DNA from: Prorocentrum cordatum
Lineage: Eukaryota
Assembly (NCBI GenBank): GCA_963575745.1
Contig: CAUYUJ010000092.1
Span: 1 to 64,000 of the forward strand
Direction: 5' to 3'
Length of the DNA: 64,000 nt
Below the pieces are notes generated by a model. It did not search any database, was not told the origin of the DNA, and saw only the letters and a program-made list of their open reading frames with translations. Numbering within the stretch: the first letter of the stretch is position 1; every line of letters begins with the position of its first letter. The position numbers and the translations under genes were made by a program. Positions 13,701-26,822 of this stretch are shown in pieces.

Positions 13701-15094
13701 GGTATGCTGGTCCAAATGCTTGGTATCAATCCGACGCTGAACCACTTTTTGAGCAAACTCGCCTCATCCTCCGCATCCTTCTCTTCCTCCTCTTCTTACT
13801 TCAACTACCCTGGCCTGGGCGAACAGTGGCCGTAACGTCTGCTTAAGATGAAACCAGCGCGACCCCAGTAGGGGAACGTTTTCTACTGCATGGGCGCACT
13901 GCTTGGCGCTGCTTGGCGCTGCCACGCGATGGGGAGGAAGCAAGAGCAAGCGACCCAGAGGAAGGCCACTGCTAAGAAGCAGAGCCGGGGAACCCCAAAG
14001 TAACGCCAGGCAACCCCACGCCACTGCAAAGAAACAGCGCCATGGAGCCCGAGCATCGCCACTGCAGAAAAACAGTACCAAAAGGAACCTTGAGCAACGC
14101 TGGGGCCAGCGCAGGCCTCGCACCCACCGTTTATGCTCGACAACAGGTTAGAGCTTCGCTCTAGGCAAGCCTCATCGGGGAAACAATGATCTAAGACGAA
14201 GCCAGGACGAGGATAAAATCGGGTAAGGATAAATCGAGATTCTCTGAGGTCCGGTGGCTCTGGAGGATCTATCGGGCGACAACCGATCTGCAGCGCCTGG
14301 GCGACGCTGCGATAGTTGGACCGCTTTGCAGCGCCTGCGGCCTTCTCAGAGCGTTCCGGAACACTCTGAGAGTAATCCGGAACGCTCTGGAACGAATGTA
14401 TCCTCGTTGCAGCCCCGTCCGATGATTAACAACATGCGAACATAACCCGGGCGAATCCAACGTAGGACCCACGGGGGGCCATCCAGACGAACAGAATTTC
14501 CGGGGAGCTCCGAGGAATCCAGGGGGGTCCAGCTTCCGCGGAAGCAACACATCCCGGGCGAGGGGTTCGGGCACGGAGGTTACCCCTGCCTGGAACTCCG
14601 GAACTGGAGTGAACTCTCGGCCGCGGGGTTGCTGGCGCGCGGGGTCCCCAACCCCCCCGTCGCAACCAGAGGAAAAGCGCCAGAGCCTGGATCGTAAATG
14701 CAATGCAGCAACACTCTATTAGTAGTTGTACTAGAAACTTGTACTATTACTACAATGCTTCTTCATTCCAAATTCACGAGTCTACACTGTTTCCTTAACA
14801 ACTCCTCAATCGCAGTTCGAAAATACTTGTTGTGCTGTAGGACCAGGCGCAATCCAGCAGCAGCTGCGCGATAGCACATGCTAGTAGTAAGTGTCCTCAG
14901 AAATTACTAGGTGCACTCTAGTCGGAGGGGTGCAGGGGTTCCAGTGGCAATGTGCGCGCGGAAGAAAGGACAAACTCCGTGCGCTGCCAGGGGTCCTGGG
15001 TTTCACGGGCCACCGCGACGGAAGACCCCCCGCGGAAAGAAGGAAAGAAATCCGGCCGCGGGCGTGGGAGGTTCAAACATAAGTCGCGGGGCGA

Positions 15095-15275
15095 TACAGT
15101 GGAGGCCACTCCGCAGGAAACCTCCCACAAGAAACCCAACCCTGAACCCCCAAGACGTCCGTCGATGTTTGGTGGGGGAACGTCACGCTTTCCACAGCAA
15201 AACCATCGAAAACCAAGAAACCCAGGGCCCCCTGGAGGCAAGCAGAGTGTTCCTTGGCATGGGTCTCCACTGTAT
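15095..15275. repeat. Dispersed ~180-bp repeat family A, copy 1 (others at ~20652-20835 and ~62160-62340)
   Basis: Shared acagtggaggcc...ccacaagaaacc...gggaacgtcacgc...catcgaaa...ggaggcaagcag...ttggcatgg. Confidence 0.85.
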
Positions 15276-15449
15276 GCGAACGCAGCAGCGTGCAACAGCA
15301 GGAACCGCGACGAAAAAGGAAGGCGGCACAGAAAAAAGATACTTACCCGAGACGTGCCCAATCCCTTCTCAACGCGAATCGACTATCTTTAAAGGAACGC
15401 TAGATGCAACAAACACATTGCAAGGACAAAATGCTCCGCTGGGCATCCC

Positions 15450-16420
15450 AGGAGCCTACGACAGTCGCACCACTTGCGCACTGCGCAACCCCGCAGGGAG
15501 CCGCGAGATCTCGGCTGGGTCTGCGTGCTCCCCCTCTCCGATGGGCCCCCAGAAGCTAATGGAAGTGGCGACAGTTGCGCACGTCGCAGTCCCCCAAGGA
15601 GCTGCGAGATCTCGGCTGGATGCGCGTAAACCCCCACTCCGCCAGGCCTGCGAGGAGCCCGCGAAAGTGGCGACAACTGCGCAGTTCGTAGCCCCCCAGA
15701 GACATGCGAGGACTTGGCTGGGTGTGCGACCCACCAAAGTGGCGACAACTGCGCAGTTCGTAGCCCCCCAGGAAGCTGCGATGTCTCGGCTGGGTGTGCA
15801 TACTCCCCCACTCCGCCGTGCCTCCCAGGAGCCCGCCTAAGTGGCGACAATTGCGCACTTCGCAGTCCCTCAAGGAGCTGCGAGGTCTCGGCTGGGTGCG
15901 CGTGTTCCCCCACTCCGCCGTACCTCCCAGGAGCCCGCGAAAGTGGCGACGACTGCGCAGTTCGTAGCCCCCCAGGGAGCTTCGAGGTCTCGGCTGGGTG
16001 CGCGCCCTTACTCCGCCGATCTCCGCCGTGCCTCCCAGGAGCCCGCGAAACTGGCGACGGCTGCGCATTGGACAACCCTCCAGGTAGCCGCGAGGTCTCG
16101 GATGGGTGCGCGTACTCCCCTACCCCGCCGTGCCTCCCAGGAACCCACGACAGTGGCGATAGTTGCGCAGATCGCAGCCCCCAAGAAGCCCACGAAAATG
16201 GCGGCAGTTGTGCAGATCGCAGCCCCCCCCCCCCCCCAAGGGAGCTGAAAGGTCTCGGCCGGGTGCGCGTACTCCAGTATTCCGCCTGCGCAAGTGGCGA
16301 CAGCTGCGCACTCCGCAGTCTCCCAGTGGGCCGCGAGGTCTCGGATGGATGTGCGTACTCCCCCACTCCCGCCGTGTCTCCCAGGAGCCCACGGACGAAA
16401 ATGGAGACAGTTGCGCAGCT
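15450..16420. repeat. ~102-bp minisatellite, about 9-10 degenerate copies
   Basis: GTGGCGAC...TGCGCA...GTCTCGGCTGGGTG...CCCAGGAGCCC recurs at ~15566, 15667, 15841, 15943, 16051, 16153 and 16294. Confidence 0.9.
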
Positions 16421-16807
16421 CACAGCCACCCAGGGAGCAGCACAGCAGAAGGCAGGAGGAGAAGGGGGGAGAAGGAGTGGATACCACAGTGCTCACAGGG
16501 CACATCGGAGCGGCCCCAGTCTCTAACGAGGATTGGGGAATTACATCTCCTCCTCCTCCTCCACCTCCTCCTCCGCCGCCTCCGCCGCCTCCGCCTTCTT
16601 CTCCTCCGTGGGGCAGAACGATCGGGCGGGAGCTGACTCTGGGGGGAAGGACGAGGACCTGGAGCCCGGCGAGATGCGTCGCCGATCGATCCGCGACGCG
16701 CCCCTCGAAACGGACCCGCACGTGCCCCGACGGGCCTGGCGCGCCCCCGGGCCCTGGTCGGCGAGGAGGGGGGCGACTGGGCATCGCTGCCTCCCCCCCT
16801 TGGGCTC

Positions 16808-16960
16808 AGGTCGGGCCTGTCCCCCCCCTCAGGCGAAGCTTGGGCGAAAAATTAAACATACGCAAAAAAAACAAATAGTCAAAAATAATCAGAAAATAGT
16901 CCCCTGACTATTTTCTGACTGTTTTTGACTTTTCTTCCTGTAGAGGGACAGGCCCGACCT
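16808..16960. repeat. Palindromic MITE-like family B, copy 1 (copy 2 at ~17909-18059)
   Basis: Outer inverted repeat aggtcgggcctgtccc/gggacaggcccgacct; inner 25-bp stem 16877-16901/16906-16930 with 2 mismatches. Confidence 0.8.
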
Positions 16961-19414
16961 AACCCAACGGCTGGGGAACTGAGCCCTCGACCTCCTCGAC
17001 GGTCGCCCGATCTCCGCTCGGCCTGCTCGTCGGCCGTAAGCCCATCCTCGATTCTCCTCCCCCGCCTCGTCCCGGCCCAGCCCAGCGCTCGACCTCCTCG
17101 ATCCCCCACGACCTCGATCCCCTCGATCCTCCTCCTTGACCTCGACCCTCCACGGCCTCGATCCCCCCTTCCCCTGAGATCCGACGTTACGAAGAAAAAC
17201 TGCGACGTCGCGAGAAATCATGCTCGGGGCCCCGGACCCCATCCTGCTGCGGCATCTTTCGAGCCAGGCCGATCTGGGGTGGTCCCTGGGCTCGCCACTG
17301 GGCGAAGGCGCCCAGCGCGGAACGATGGCAACGCCCGGATCTCGGGGTGCCCTCCCGAGCTTGTTCGGGCCACAACTCCGGTCTCCGGCGGCAACGCTCC
17401 CTGCGAGGCGCAGCCGATGGAGGGCATCCCGAGGCCAAAAAAACGACGGGGTCCGACGACGGCGTCCGAAAACCAACTTTGAGGGGCCTGTACTCCAAAT
17501 GTTGGTCACGGCCCTCCCATGACGAGCAGACCGCTCGAGGATGCCCTTCCCCAGGGTGTACGAGAGCATCCAACAGGCACGAAGAACATTCGGTTTTCCC
17601 TCGTTTTGTCTTCGGTTCGCCTTTACCGCCAAACGACATCGAAACGAAAACGGCCCACGAAACCGCCAAAACACCGTTCAGGTCCAGCCCTGCACTGGGG
17701 CACCCTCCCCGCCCAGGCCTCCGTCCTGATACCCCGGTCCGACCGCATCCGCGATCCCCTGCAGCCCACCCGTGTCACGAGGACGCGCGGTCAGGATGCA
17801 CGGGCCTCGGAGGGCCACGTCGTGGCGTCCCTCGAGCGAGGCTGGCCAGCGGAAGTCGCTGAGGACTGGCCGACGGGTACCCTTGGGAGGGTTGCCCGTC
17901 CTTACTATTGGTCGGGCATGTCCCCCCACAGGCAGATTTTGGGCGAAAAATGGAAGATGGCAAAAGCTGCTCAAAAATAGCAAGAAATAGTTGAAACATC
18001 GTCCCCAGACTATTTTTTACTATTTTTCGAATTTTCCCCGTAGAGGGACAGGCCCGACTGAAGCGCAGGATGCAAGGGTACCCTTGGGAAGGTTGCCCAT
18101 CCTTCCTGCCGGCTGACTGTGCGACCTCTCGGACCCGCGACCCCCCGATGCCCAGGAGAGCCCAAAATCGAATCGATAAGTCGGATCGGCAATCGAAATG
18201 AATCGGATCGGCGGAAATCGGCAGCCGAGTCGGGAGAGGTCGAGTCGGCAGGAATCGGCAGGCTCATAGGCCTCCGTTGAGAAATCAGAAGCCGGATCGG
18301 AATCCCAAGTCGAATATGAATAGGAATCGGAAGCCAGCGAAATCGAATCGAATCGAATCGAATCAGACGAATCGAAGCGAGCCCCCGATTAGAGGCCTCC
18401 TAGATGGGGTCCGAGTACATGGGGTCGGGGATCGCGCCGCATCGCCGATGCATCGGCGACGTCGACGTGGAGAAACTCGGGCCCCACATCGAGTCGCGTC
18501 GGCACTGCAGCTGCGAGGCGGCGCGATCCTCCGACCCCATCTACTCCGACCCCATCCAGGAGGCCTACAGTCAGTATAGTAAGGATGCGCGATAAGGATG
18601 CAAGGGCCTTGGACGCCCATCTCGAAGCCTTTCGAGCGGGGCGCGGCCAGCGAAAGCGGCAAAGGATCGACCGAGGAGGCGAGGATGCAAGGCAAGGGTA
18701 CCCTTGGGAAGGTTCCCCATTCTTACTATCGATTTCGACTATACAGACTAGAAGCTAAAATAAGCAACCAAATCAGAGTTTGATCCTGCCCCTCCCTCTT
18801 CCCTCCTCCTCCTCCTCCTCCTCCTCCTCCTCCTCCTCCGCCGACCCCATCCAGGAGGCCTAGACCGATCCCCCTGCGCCTCCGGGGAGCCCTTGCCGGG
18901 CGACGGGCGGCCCGGGGTGGTCCTCTCGCGCCGGCCGTTCGGGGGGGGGGGCGGGGCCGTCCGCCGCCGTCGGCGCGGGCGGCGGCGGCGTCCTCGCCAT
19001 CGTCCAGAGCAGGAGGGGGGGAGGGAGGGGGGAGGGGAGAGGGGAGAGGGGATGGGGGAAGGGAAGGGGAAGAGGGGGGAGAGGGGGGGAGAAGGGGGGA
19101 GAGGGGAGGCGAGGGGAGGGGAGGGGGAGGGAAGGGGAGGGCAGGGGGAGGGGAGGGGAGGTCGCCATGGGGGAGACGGGTCCTGAGGCTCCTCGCCGCT
19201 TTTGTCGGGCTCTCGGGGCCCTCGACGGGCCCCAGGACTGTCAGAAAACGACTCAGGAAGAAGAACCGGTCTTCGGAGCTGTCTCCCCCCCCCCGGGTTC
19301 GGGCCCCAGCAAGTGGCCCGTGATGCCGTGATGGGGAAGACTTCGCGGTCTTGACGACTTCGGAGCTTGTCTTCAGGGCAGTCCCGGGTGCAGAGTTTGG
19401 AGGCCTGGGAATGG

Positions 19415-19590
19415 GCACCAACACCAACACAGGGGGGTGCCTCCACAGGGGGACGATGATCCTAGATTTCGGTGTTGGTGGTAATATTTCGGTAACCTTG
19501 GAAGCCAGAGTATTACCACCATCACCGAGATCGGGATTTTCTTCCCTCGGTGGATGCACACTGTCGATATTGGTGTTGGTGTCAAACTCT
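19415..19590. repeat. Palindromic MITE-like family C, copy 1 (copy 2 at ~59000-59170)
   Basis: Inner stem gatttcggtgttggtggtaata/tattaccaccatcaccgagatc; outer caccaacaccaa/ttggtgttggtg; clear homology to the 59-kb copy. Confidence 0.8.
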
Positions 19591-19599
19591 GGGCCTGCG

Positions 19600-20420
19600 A
19601 TGAGTGGCTGCAGGGGCACCATCAGCTCTTGCACTCAGCCGTCCAATGGCGCCGTCGCTCTGCAATGCCAGGGTCCGCCCGTGGGCAAGAGTGCACTCGA
19701 GAAAGGATTCTGAGCAGGGATCTCTCACGCATGGGAAGGGCCACGCGAACCTTCCAGACGAGCAGACGGGGAAGATCGCCCAGTTCCACCGCCTCGGGAA
19801 CTCCAGGGCGGATGAGTTTGCGAAGCAGGGTGCGCTGCGGGCCCGTGCGAGAAAAAGCTGATGTGCACGCCTCGGGCGGTTTCAGGGCGGCTGCCAGGCA
19901 AGCTTCGAAACCTGCAGCCAGGTGCGCTGCGTGATGGACGAGACTGCCAAGAGAGACCACCAGCCCAGGTCGGCTCAGGAGATTGGCCCGAAGAGTTTCC
20001 TTGGGGTCCTCTGAAGCCCAGGACCCTGCCCCTGCCGAGCCCCAACTTCCTCCTCCTCCTCCTCCTCCTCCTCCTCCTCCTCAGTTGGCTGAGCCTCCTC
20101 CTGCTGCGCCTGCTGGGGCTTCGGCGGGGGATCTGGGGGAGGCAGCCATGGCGAAAGGGCCGCTCGATCATAATCCGTGGAAGGTGAATGGCCGCAGTAT
20201 TTTGCCGGCCAAGGTCCCCCAAGGGGGACAGGTCTTGTTTTGCTCCTCCGGATGGTGCTTTGCCGTTCAGCAGAACCATAGGCCTCAAAAGGTTGTGCAA
20301 AGGGCTTCGCAAGGTGTCTGGTGGGGCCGCGTACATGCCCGCAAGAGGCTTCAGAGGGGCGAGCACCCCACGAGAGCTGGCGCCTTCTTTGGCAATGTGG
20401 CACCCCTTCACAGGCCCAAA
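19600..20420 (+). mobile_element. 3' fragment of a LINE (RNase H C-terminus plus Cys/His tail), interrupted by (CTC)n
   Basis: KGHA...LGNSRADEFAKQGA RNase H motif; downstream VLFC, GLKRLCKG and RLQRGEHP in shifting frames. Confidence 0.65.
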
Positions 20421-20651
20421 TGAGTTGGTCCAGCCATTCCGGCGTGGTAGTGGAAGGGCTGCATGCCCAAGAAGATTTGTGAGTGCCTCATTTCATCAGG
20501 CAGTCGGCCCCGGTAAGAGTGGAGCTGGCTGCTGTGCTGTTTACCCTTGGGCTTGGTTCCCTTCACGTAGCTTGAGAGCTAGGAGTCGCAGAGCTGAAAG
20601 CTCGGGCCCTGGCACAGTCTCGCAAAGCCAAAGGGGAGCCTGATCCAGAGG

Positions 20652-20835
20652 ACACAGTGGAGGCCCGACCACAAGAAATCTTCCACAAGAAACCCAACCT
20701 TGAGACCCCAGGGCGTCCATTCATTTTTGGTGTGGGAACGTCACGCTTTCCATCGCAAAGACATCGAAACCCAAGAAACAAAAGGCACCATGGAGGCAAG
20801 CAGGGTGTCTCTTGGCATGGGCCTCCACTCTATGT
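20652..20835. repeat. Dispersed repeat family A, copy 2
   Basis: Homologous to 15095-15275. Confidence 0.85.
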
Positions 20836-20940
20836 GATTTTTGTTGGGGAGGGGCCTGTCTGCGGGGACTGCCTGGGGGATGGAAACTCGGATGGGCAAC
20901 AACAAGTTCTCGGCTGGGCACCCCCAATACGTTGTCCTTC

Positions 20941-21420
20941 TCTCCTCCTCCTCCTCCTCCTCCTCCTCCTCCCTCCTCCTCCTCCTCCTCTTTCTCCTCC
21001 TCCTCCTCCTCCTCCTCCTCCTCCTCCTCCTCCTCCTCCTCCTCTCTCCTCCTCCTCCTCCTCCTCCTCCTCCTCCTCCTCCTCCCTCCTGCCTCCTCCT
21101 CCTCCTCCTCCTCCGCCTCCTCTTTCTCCTCCTCCTCCTCCTCCTCCTCCTCCTCCTCCTCCTCCTCCTCCTCCTCCTCCTCCTCCTCCTCCTCCTCCTC
21201 CCCTCCTCCCTCCCTCCCTCCCTCCCTCCCTCCTCCCTCCTCCCTCCTCCCTCCCTCCCTCCTCCCCTCCTCCTCCTCTCCTCCTCTCCCTCCTCCCTCC
21301 TCCTCCTCTCCTCCTCCTCCTCCTCCTTCTCTTCTCCTCTCCTTCTCCTTCTCCTTCTCCTTCTCCTTCTCCTTCTCCTTCTCCTTCTCCTTCTCCTTCT
21401 CCTTCTCTCTCTCTCCCTTG
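20941..21420. repeat. (CCT)n/(CTTCTC)n polypyrimidine microsatellite
   Basis: Direct reading. Confidence 0.95.
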
Positions 21421-22279
21421 ACTCTTTCCCTTTCTATAGGCAGGGAGCCCCCCTCCAGCGACGACAACGACGACGACGACGAGGATCCAGGGGTTTGGAT
21501 GTTTCTGCTCCTCCTTGGGCCTGCGGAGGCCCCTGGAGACCTTCAGAGACCCCAGGAGACATCCAGTGAAGGGGCCCTGGGACACACAAACAAATACACA
21601 CAAATGACCCGATTCCCCCATGTGTTCCCATATTTTCTGGGCTTTTGTCTTCCCCCCACACTTCCCATATTTTCCCTTATTTTCTTGGGAATCGACGATT
21701 AATTGTGTCTGTGTGTTTTTGTTCCCTCCTGAGAGACGTCCAGGGACGTCTGGAGACTGACGCCGCCGACGAAGACGGCACAACCGACGACGCCGACGCT
21801 GGCGCCGACGCCGCCGACTCTGCCGACGCTGACGCTGACGCTACCGAAGAAGACGCCGACGACTCAAATCCGTTCAAAATCGCCCTCTGGACCACACTCA
21901 GGGTCCACCATGGCCCATGGACAGCTTTTCATACCAGGCTGAGAGTTGCTGGTCCTGGGGCTCGAAAGGGCCTCTGGAGGCCAAAACTGGCGATGAACTT
22001 GTTCGAACCTCGAACCTCGAACCTCGCTCGATCGACGACGACAGCGCGCTCACCGCGCTCGGCGCGGAAGAGGAGGAGTAGGAGGAGGAGGAGGAGGAGG
22101 AGGAGGAGGAGGAGGAGGGGGAACCGGGCGCTGGCATAACTGTGCCGTCACCCGACAAAACACCAGCTACAACAGACCTGGTTCAGTAATTCTGGCTATG
22201 TAGTCTAGGGGGCCCAGGACCCTACCACTAACCGGGTTCCCTTACCTGGGGTCATGGCTAGCCAGACCCCCGACGTCGT

Positions 22280-22445
22280 GATTTTTTCACAACGTCGACC
22301 CCCACAGGTCTGGACCCCTTCCCCGGGACCGGTTTCTCGTCCTGAATCGTTTTTTTGGCGGTCCCGAATCCAGGCAAGGGCCCCCGGAGGCCGAAAATGG
22401 TGAAAACCTCCCGTCGCGATTGTTCACAAGCCGAGGAGGTCTGGG
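22280..22445. repeat. Dispersed repeat family F (homologue at ~57985-58200, with an insertion)
   Basis: Shared ttttttcacaacgtcgaccccca-aggtctgga...gggaccggtt...ggaggccgaaaat...ctcccgtcg...tgttcacaa. Confidence 0.75.
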
Positions 22446-22698
22446 TAATTATTCCCGAGGGAGGTCCGTCCATGCGAAGCTCGGCTGCGAGCCGGCGCGA
22501 GCCTCCAGTGCTCATAGCAACAGACCCCCACGGGAGCCGCCGCCGCTCGGCCCCGCCCCGAGCGGCCGAACCCGAGAGGGGGCAGGGGCTGCGCGGGCCT
22601 GCCCAGGCAGCGCATGGCATGCCCGGCCGTGCGCCCGCCTCCCGCCGCCCGCCCAGCCCGCCCGGCGTCGGCGCCGTCGGAGTCGGAGTCGGCGGCGT

Positions 22699-22733
<35 letters not shown>

Positions 22734-23205
22734 TCGGCGGCGGCGCCGGCGCGGCCGAGGCCCGGGTCTCCTCGGCCTCGGCCTGGCGGGCGGCGTCGGG
22801 CACGACGCGTTCGAGGGGCGCCTGCAGGGCCCGGCGGGCTGTCCCGGGCGTCGTCGGCGCCGTGGTCGCTGCCGCCGCCCGCAGGCGCATCGCCGCCGCC
22901 GCCGTCGGCGCCACGCGTGGGCGTTGCGGGCGCCGTCTGCGCCGCGGAAGCCGCGGTCGCCGTCGTCGTGGTCGCCACCGCCGCAGCCGTAGTTCCTGCC
23001 GCTCCCGCGCGGGCGCGCGCCCGCGGGGGGGAGAGCGGAGGAGACAGGAGGAGGCGGAGGAGGGGAGCAACAAGAGAATATGCAGGATCAAACGGATGCT
23101 AAGAAGAACACACATGATGAAGATGCGGATGGTGAAAATTATCCCAGTGCGACCCTACCTAGGAGTTGGAACCCCAAGGAAAGCAGCACTAGTAGTAACA
23201 GTAAC

Positions 23206-23669
23206 GCTAAGCTAAAGCTAAGCTAAAGCTAAGCTAAAGCTAAGCTAAAGCTAAGCTAAAGCTAAGCCACAGCTAAGCTAAAGCTAAGCTAAAGCTAAGC
23301 TAAAGCTAAGCTAAAGCTAAGCTAAAGCTAAGCTAAAGCTAAGCGAAAGCTAAGCTAAAGCTAAGCGGAAGCTGAGCAACAGCTAAGCTAAAGCTAAGCT
23401 ACAGCTAAGCTACAGCTAAGCTAAAGCTAAGCTAAAGCTAAGCTACAGCTAAGCTAAATATAAGCTAAAGCTAAGCTAAAGCTAAGCTACAGCTAAGCTC
23501 AAGCTAAGCTAAAGCTAAGCTAAATATAAGCTAAAGCTAAGCTAAAGTTAAGCTAAACGCTAAGCGAAAAGCTAAGCGAAACGCTAAGCTAAAGCTAAGC
23601 TACAGCTAAGCTACAGCTAAGCTAAAGCTAAGCTAAAGCTAAAGCTGAAGCTAAAGCTAAAGCTAAAGC
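23206..23669. repeat. (GCTAAGCTAAA)n 11-bp satellite
   Basis: About 40 copies of alternating GCTAA/GCTAAA. Confidence 0.95.
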
Positions 23670-24193
23670 TCCCAGGGGACTGGGGGGAACCGCTCCCAGG
23701 GGACTGGGGGAACCGCCCGGGGCGCTTTCCACTGCCCGGCCCCTTTAAGCTAAGAGAGTAAGAACCCTTCTAGGCAGAGCCTAGGTAGGGAAAAAGAGGT
23801 GAAACCGAACCCTATAAAGACGTAAAGCAAGCGGGGGAGACAATAGGAGGAGAAGGGGGAGGATGGGGGAAGAGATTTCCAGGGGTTGGCGGGGGGGTCC
23901 TGGAGAGCTTCGGCAGGCTTCCGCAGAAGGAGTGGGCCAGGGATGGGAGGATTGACGCAGGAGGGAGCACCAGGAAGGGAGGCGGTCCTTAGAAGCAGAA
24001 GAAGAAAGGGAACGGCATGGAGGTCCTGGAGGAGGCGAGGGGACGCGGGAAGCGCCTGCAGCTTGGCAGCCCCAGCGACTGCCACGACGACGACCACGAC
24101 GACGTCCACCACGACGACGACGATGACCATGATACTGTACGACCACGACGGCGGCGCCGCCTCGGCAGAGATGGTCGTCGTCGTTGTCGTCGT

Positions 24194-24245
<52 letters not shown>

Positions 24246-24339
24246 TCCGTGATGGTCCGCGTCGCTGGACGCCGTCGCCGCTGCTGGCCGCCGCCGCTGC
24301 CGAGGCCGCCGCGGCCGCCCTCGCCGGGCATGGGCGCGC

Positions 24340-24434
24340 CTGCAGCCCTGCAGCCGCTCGGCGCCCTCCCGCTGCAGCTGCGCGAGGCGGCCCGTGAGCC
24401 GCTCCTCGCGGCGCCCCAGGCGGTCCTCCGCCGC
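24340..24434 (-). CDS. Putative micro-exon of a host gene (AAEDRLGRREERLTGRLAQLQREGAERLQ)
   Basis: AG|G acceptor, AG|GC donor, GC3-rich codons, helical peptide. Confidence 0.45.
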
Positions 24435-26699
24435 CTCGGGCGCCCGACGCTCGCTGCCCGGCGACCCGGCGCGGCTCCGCGGCGGCGGCGGCGGCGGCGG
24501 CCCGCGGCGCGGCGCGGTTCGGCCGACCGAGCGGCGCGGCGGCGGCGGCGCCAATGCCGGCGCAGGGCCGCCGCGGGCGGCGCAAGCGAGGGAGCGAGCG
24601 CGCGGGGGCGGGCGGGGCGCGTGCGCGCAGGCCGAGGGGCACTGGGGCGCCCCCCCTGCCGCCACGGGGGGAGGCTTCTCGGGGACCTCGAGGGCCCCCC
24701 CACGGCCCCTCGAGGGCCGGGGCAGTGCCCCCGCGAGGAGGCCTGTGGGCCCATCTGGGCTCCTCGCCCGCATGCGGCCCCACGTGCTCCTCCTGCGCTC
24801 CACGGAGGATGCTGCTTCCGCGCGGGCTGGGGGTTCCCCGTCGTCCCTGGCCTCGGCGAGCGTGCGAGCGAGGCGTGGGTCTCGGGCGGGCGCCGATGGG
24901 GCCCACAGGCCTCCACGGGGACCCCAGAAGGTGGCCTGCCTTGGGGCTTCCCGAGGGCCTCGGGCGGCCATCGACAGGGGTGGGGCACGTAAGGCGGGGG
25001 GGGGGCCTGGCGACCTCAAAGACCGCGAGGATCGAAACCCTCCAGAACGGAGGCACTCTGGAAGCGCTTTCCCTGGACAAGCCCGTTCCACGACTCTCAA
25101 AGTAACTACTCGCAAATGGCCTGGATCCGCCGCGGGGGATTTACGATCCATCACACAGAGGAGGACTTTCGGACGTTCGCGAATAGGCACTTCGCGAGTA
25201 GTGGAACGCGCTCGGTGATTCCCCATCACTCCGGAAGTCAGTTTTCCTCCGAAAGGGAAGCTCGATGCTGGGTATCCTCTGGGGCGACCCCAGCGCGGGC
25301 GTTCAAGGCTAAACGCCGCCAGTGGCCCAGAATCGGCCGCGATCGAACGATGCGTGCGATCGATGAGCCGCGATCGCTTAAGCTTGAACGATCAACGCGG
25401 CGTCGGGGACCAACGCAGAAGTCGCCACGGCAGGACCCAGCCGTCCGCAACCCCTCCCCGCGACGACGACGACGACGATGACAACGACGACGACGACATC
25501 TTCCTCTTCTCAACGAGCAGCACATCCGCGGCGACCAAAGAAACCACCCCGCTCCTGTCCCGTCCCGTCACGCCCGGCCTCGCCTTCCCTCCCTCCCTCC
25601 CTTTCTCCTTCCCTCCTTCCCATCCTCCCCTTCGTCCTCCCTCCTCTTTTCCCTTCCCGTCCCGCCCAGTCCCGCCCCATCCCGCTTCCCCCCCCTCCCC
25701 CGCCCGCAGGGCCGAAGCGCAGGCCGTGCCCCGAAGGGAGCAGCAGAGTGCGCCAGCAAGCAGTGCTCGACCAGCTGACGGCGGGCCTCGCGCAAGGCAG
25801 CGTGCGCTCTCCGAGGCCACGGAAAACGCGTGGTGGCCCAGGGGCCCAAGATACTCCGAATGAGTGCGGCGCGAAACGGTGATAAAAAATGTGGCAAAAA
25901 ACGAGTGTGATAAACACTTGTTCGGAGCATCACCATCGTTGCCGTGCCAGCACAGGCGCACGATTGCGATACAGTCGGACTTGATTGGACAGGACACGCG
26001 ACAGGACACAATACCCTTCCGAGGGCCACAGCGCTACAGGAATGCAGGAGGCATGGGTCGCGAGGCACAGGACACAAGGGTATCCTTGATTTGGCAGGGT
26101 CGACCTACTAATAAAGGCCAACTGCACATCCCCGCATGATTTGCTGCAAGAGTGGACGGCACCCGTGCGCCGCATCACGTTTGGGATCCCTTCGGGCCCC
26201 GACCCGACGCGGTCCGGTGCATGTATTTTTGTCGGCCCTGGCGGCCGACAAGCTGATTGTGACACCGTACGATTCCTGGAGCGGCGTCGTCGAGAGACGA
26301 CAAAGCGATGCGGTACACACAAGTCGTCCGCGAAAAAGACCGTTTGCAAACCGAGGAAAGGGGAAGGGGAAGGGGGAGGGGGACGAGGACGGGGGACGGG
26401 GACAGGAGGAGGAGGAGGAGGAGGAGGAGGAGGAAGAGGAGGAGGAGGAGGAGGAGGAGGAGGGCACCCCGCCTGACCATGGCCAGAGCCACCACCCGGC
26501 GGCACGGCCACCCCACCGCAGGACGACCCGCCCGGCTCGGCAGGCCCGCGTGCGCGGCCGGCGGCCCCCCCATCCCCGTGGCAGCCGGGGGCGCGAGGAC
26601 CCAAGCGCTTCTGACGCCTGGTGGTGGGGATGGGGCGTGTAAGTTCCGGCCCCCAGACCTGCCTGCCTACTAGAGCACCCCAGCTCGACACGAAAACCC

Positions 26700-26822
26700 A
26701 AGCTTCGGGTTGGGGGGGGTTACGGGTCCCACACATGTTTTGTCGATGTTCCCCGACGCTCCCCCCCCACTTGGAATGGAGGGCAAATTGGGACCTTCAG
26801 GTTGGGTTGAGGTGGTTTGGCG
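26700..26822. repeat. Palindromic family E, partial copy (fuller copies at ~60608-60762 and ~62350-62525)
   Basis: Shared ttcggg-tggggggg...tgttcccc-gac...tggagggca; fuller copies have ccaacctgaag...cttc-ggttgg inverted arms. Confidence 0.7.

Noticed and set aside
14085..14100. GCTCAAG as an SL relic marking the 5' end of the second LINE
   Set aside because: Only a 7-nt match; cannot be distinguished from chance
23206..23669. Interstitial telomere
   Set aside because: The unit is TTTAGC/TTAGC, not TTTAGGG
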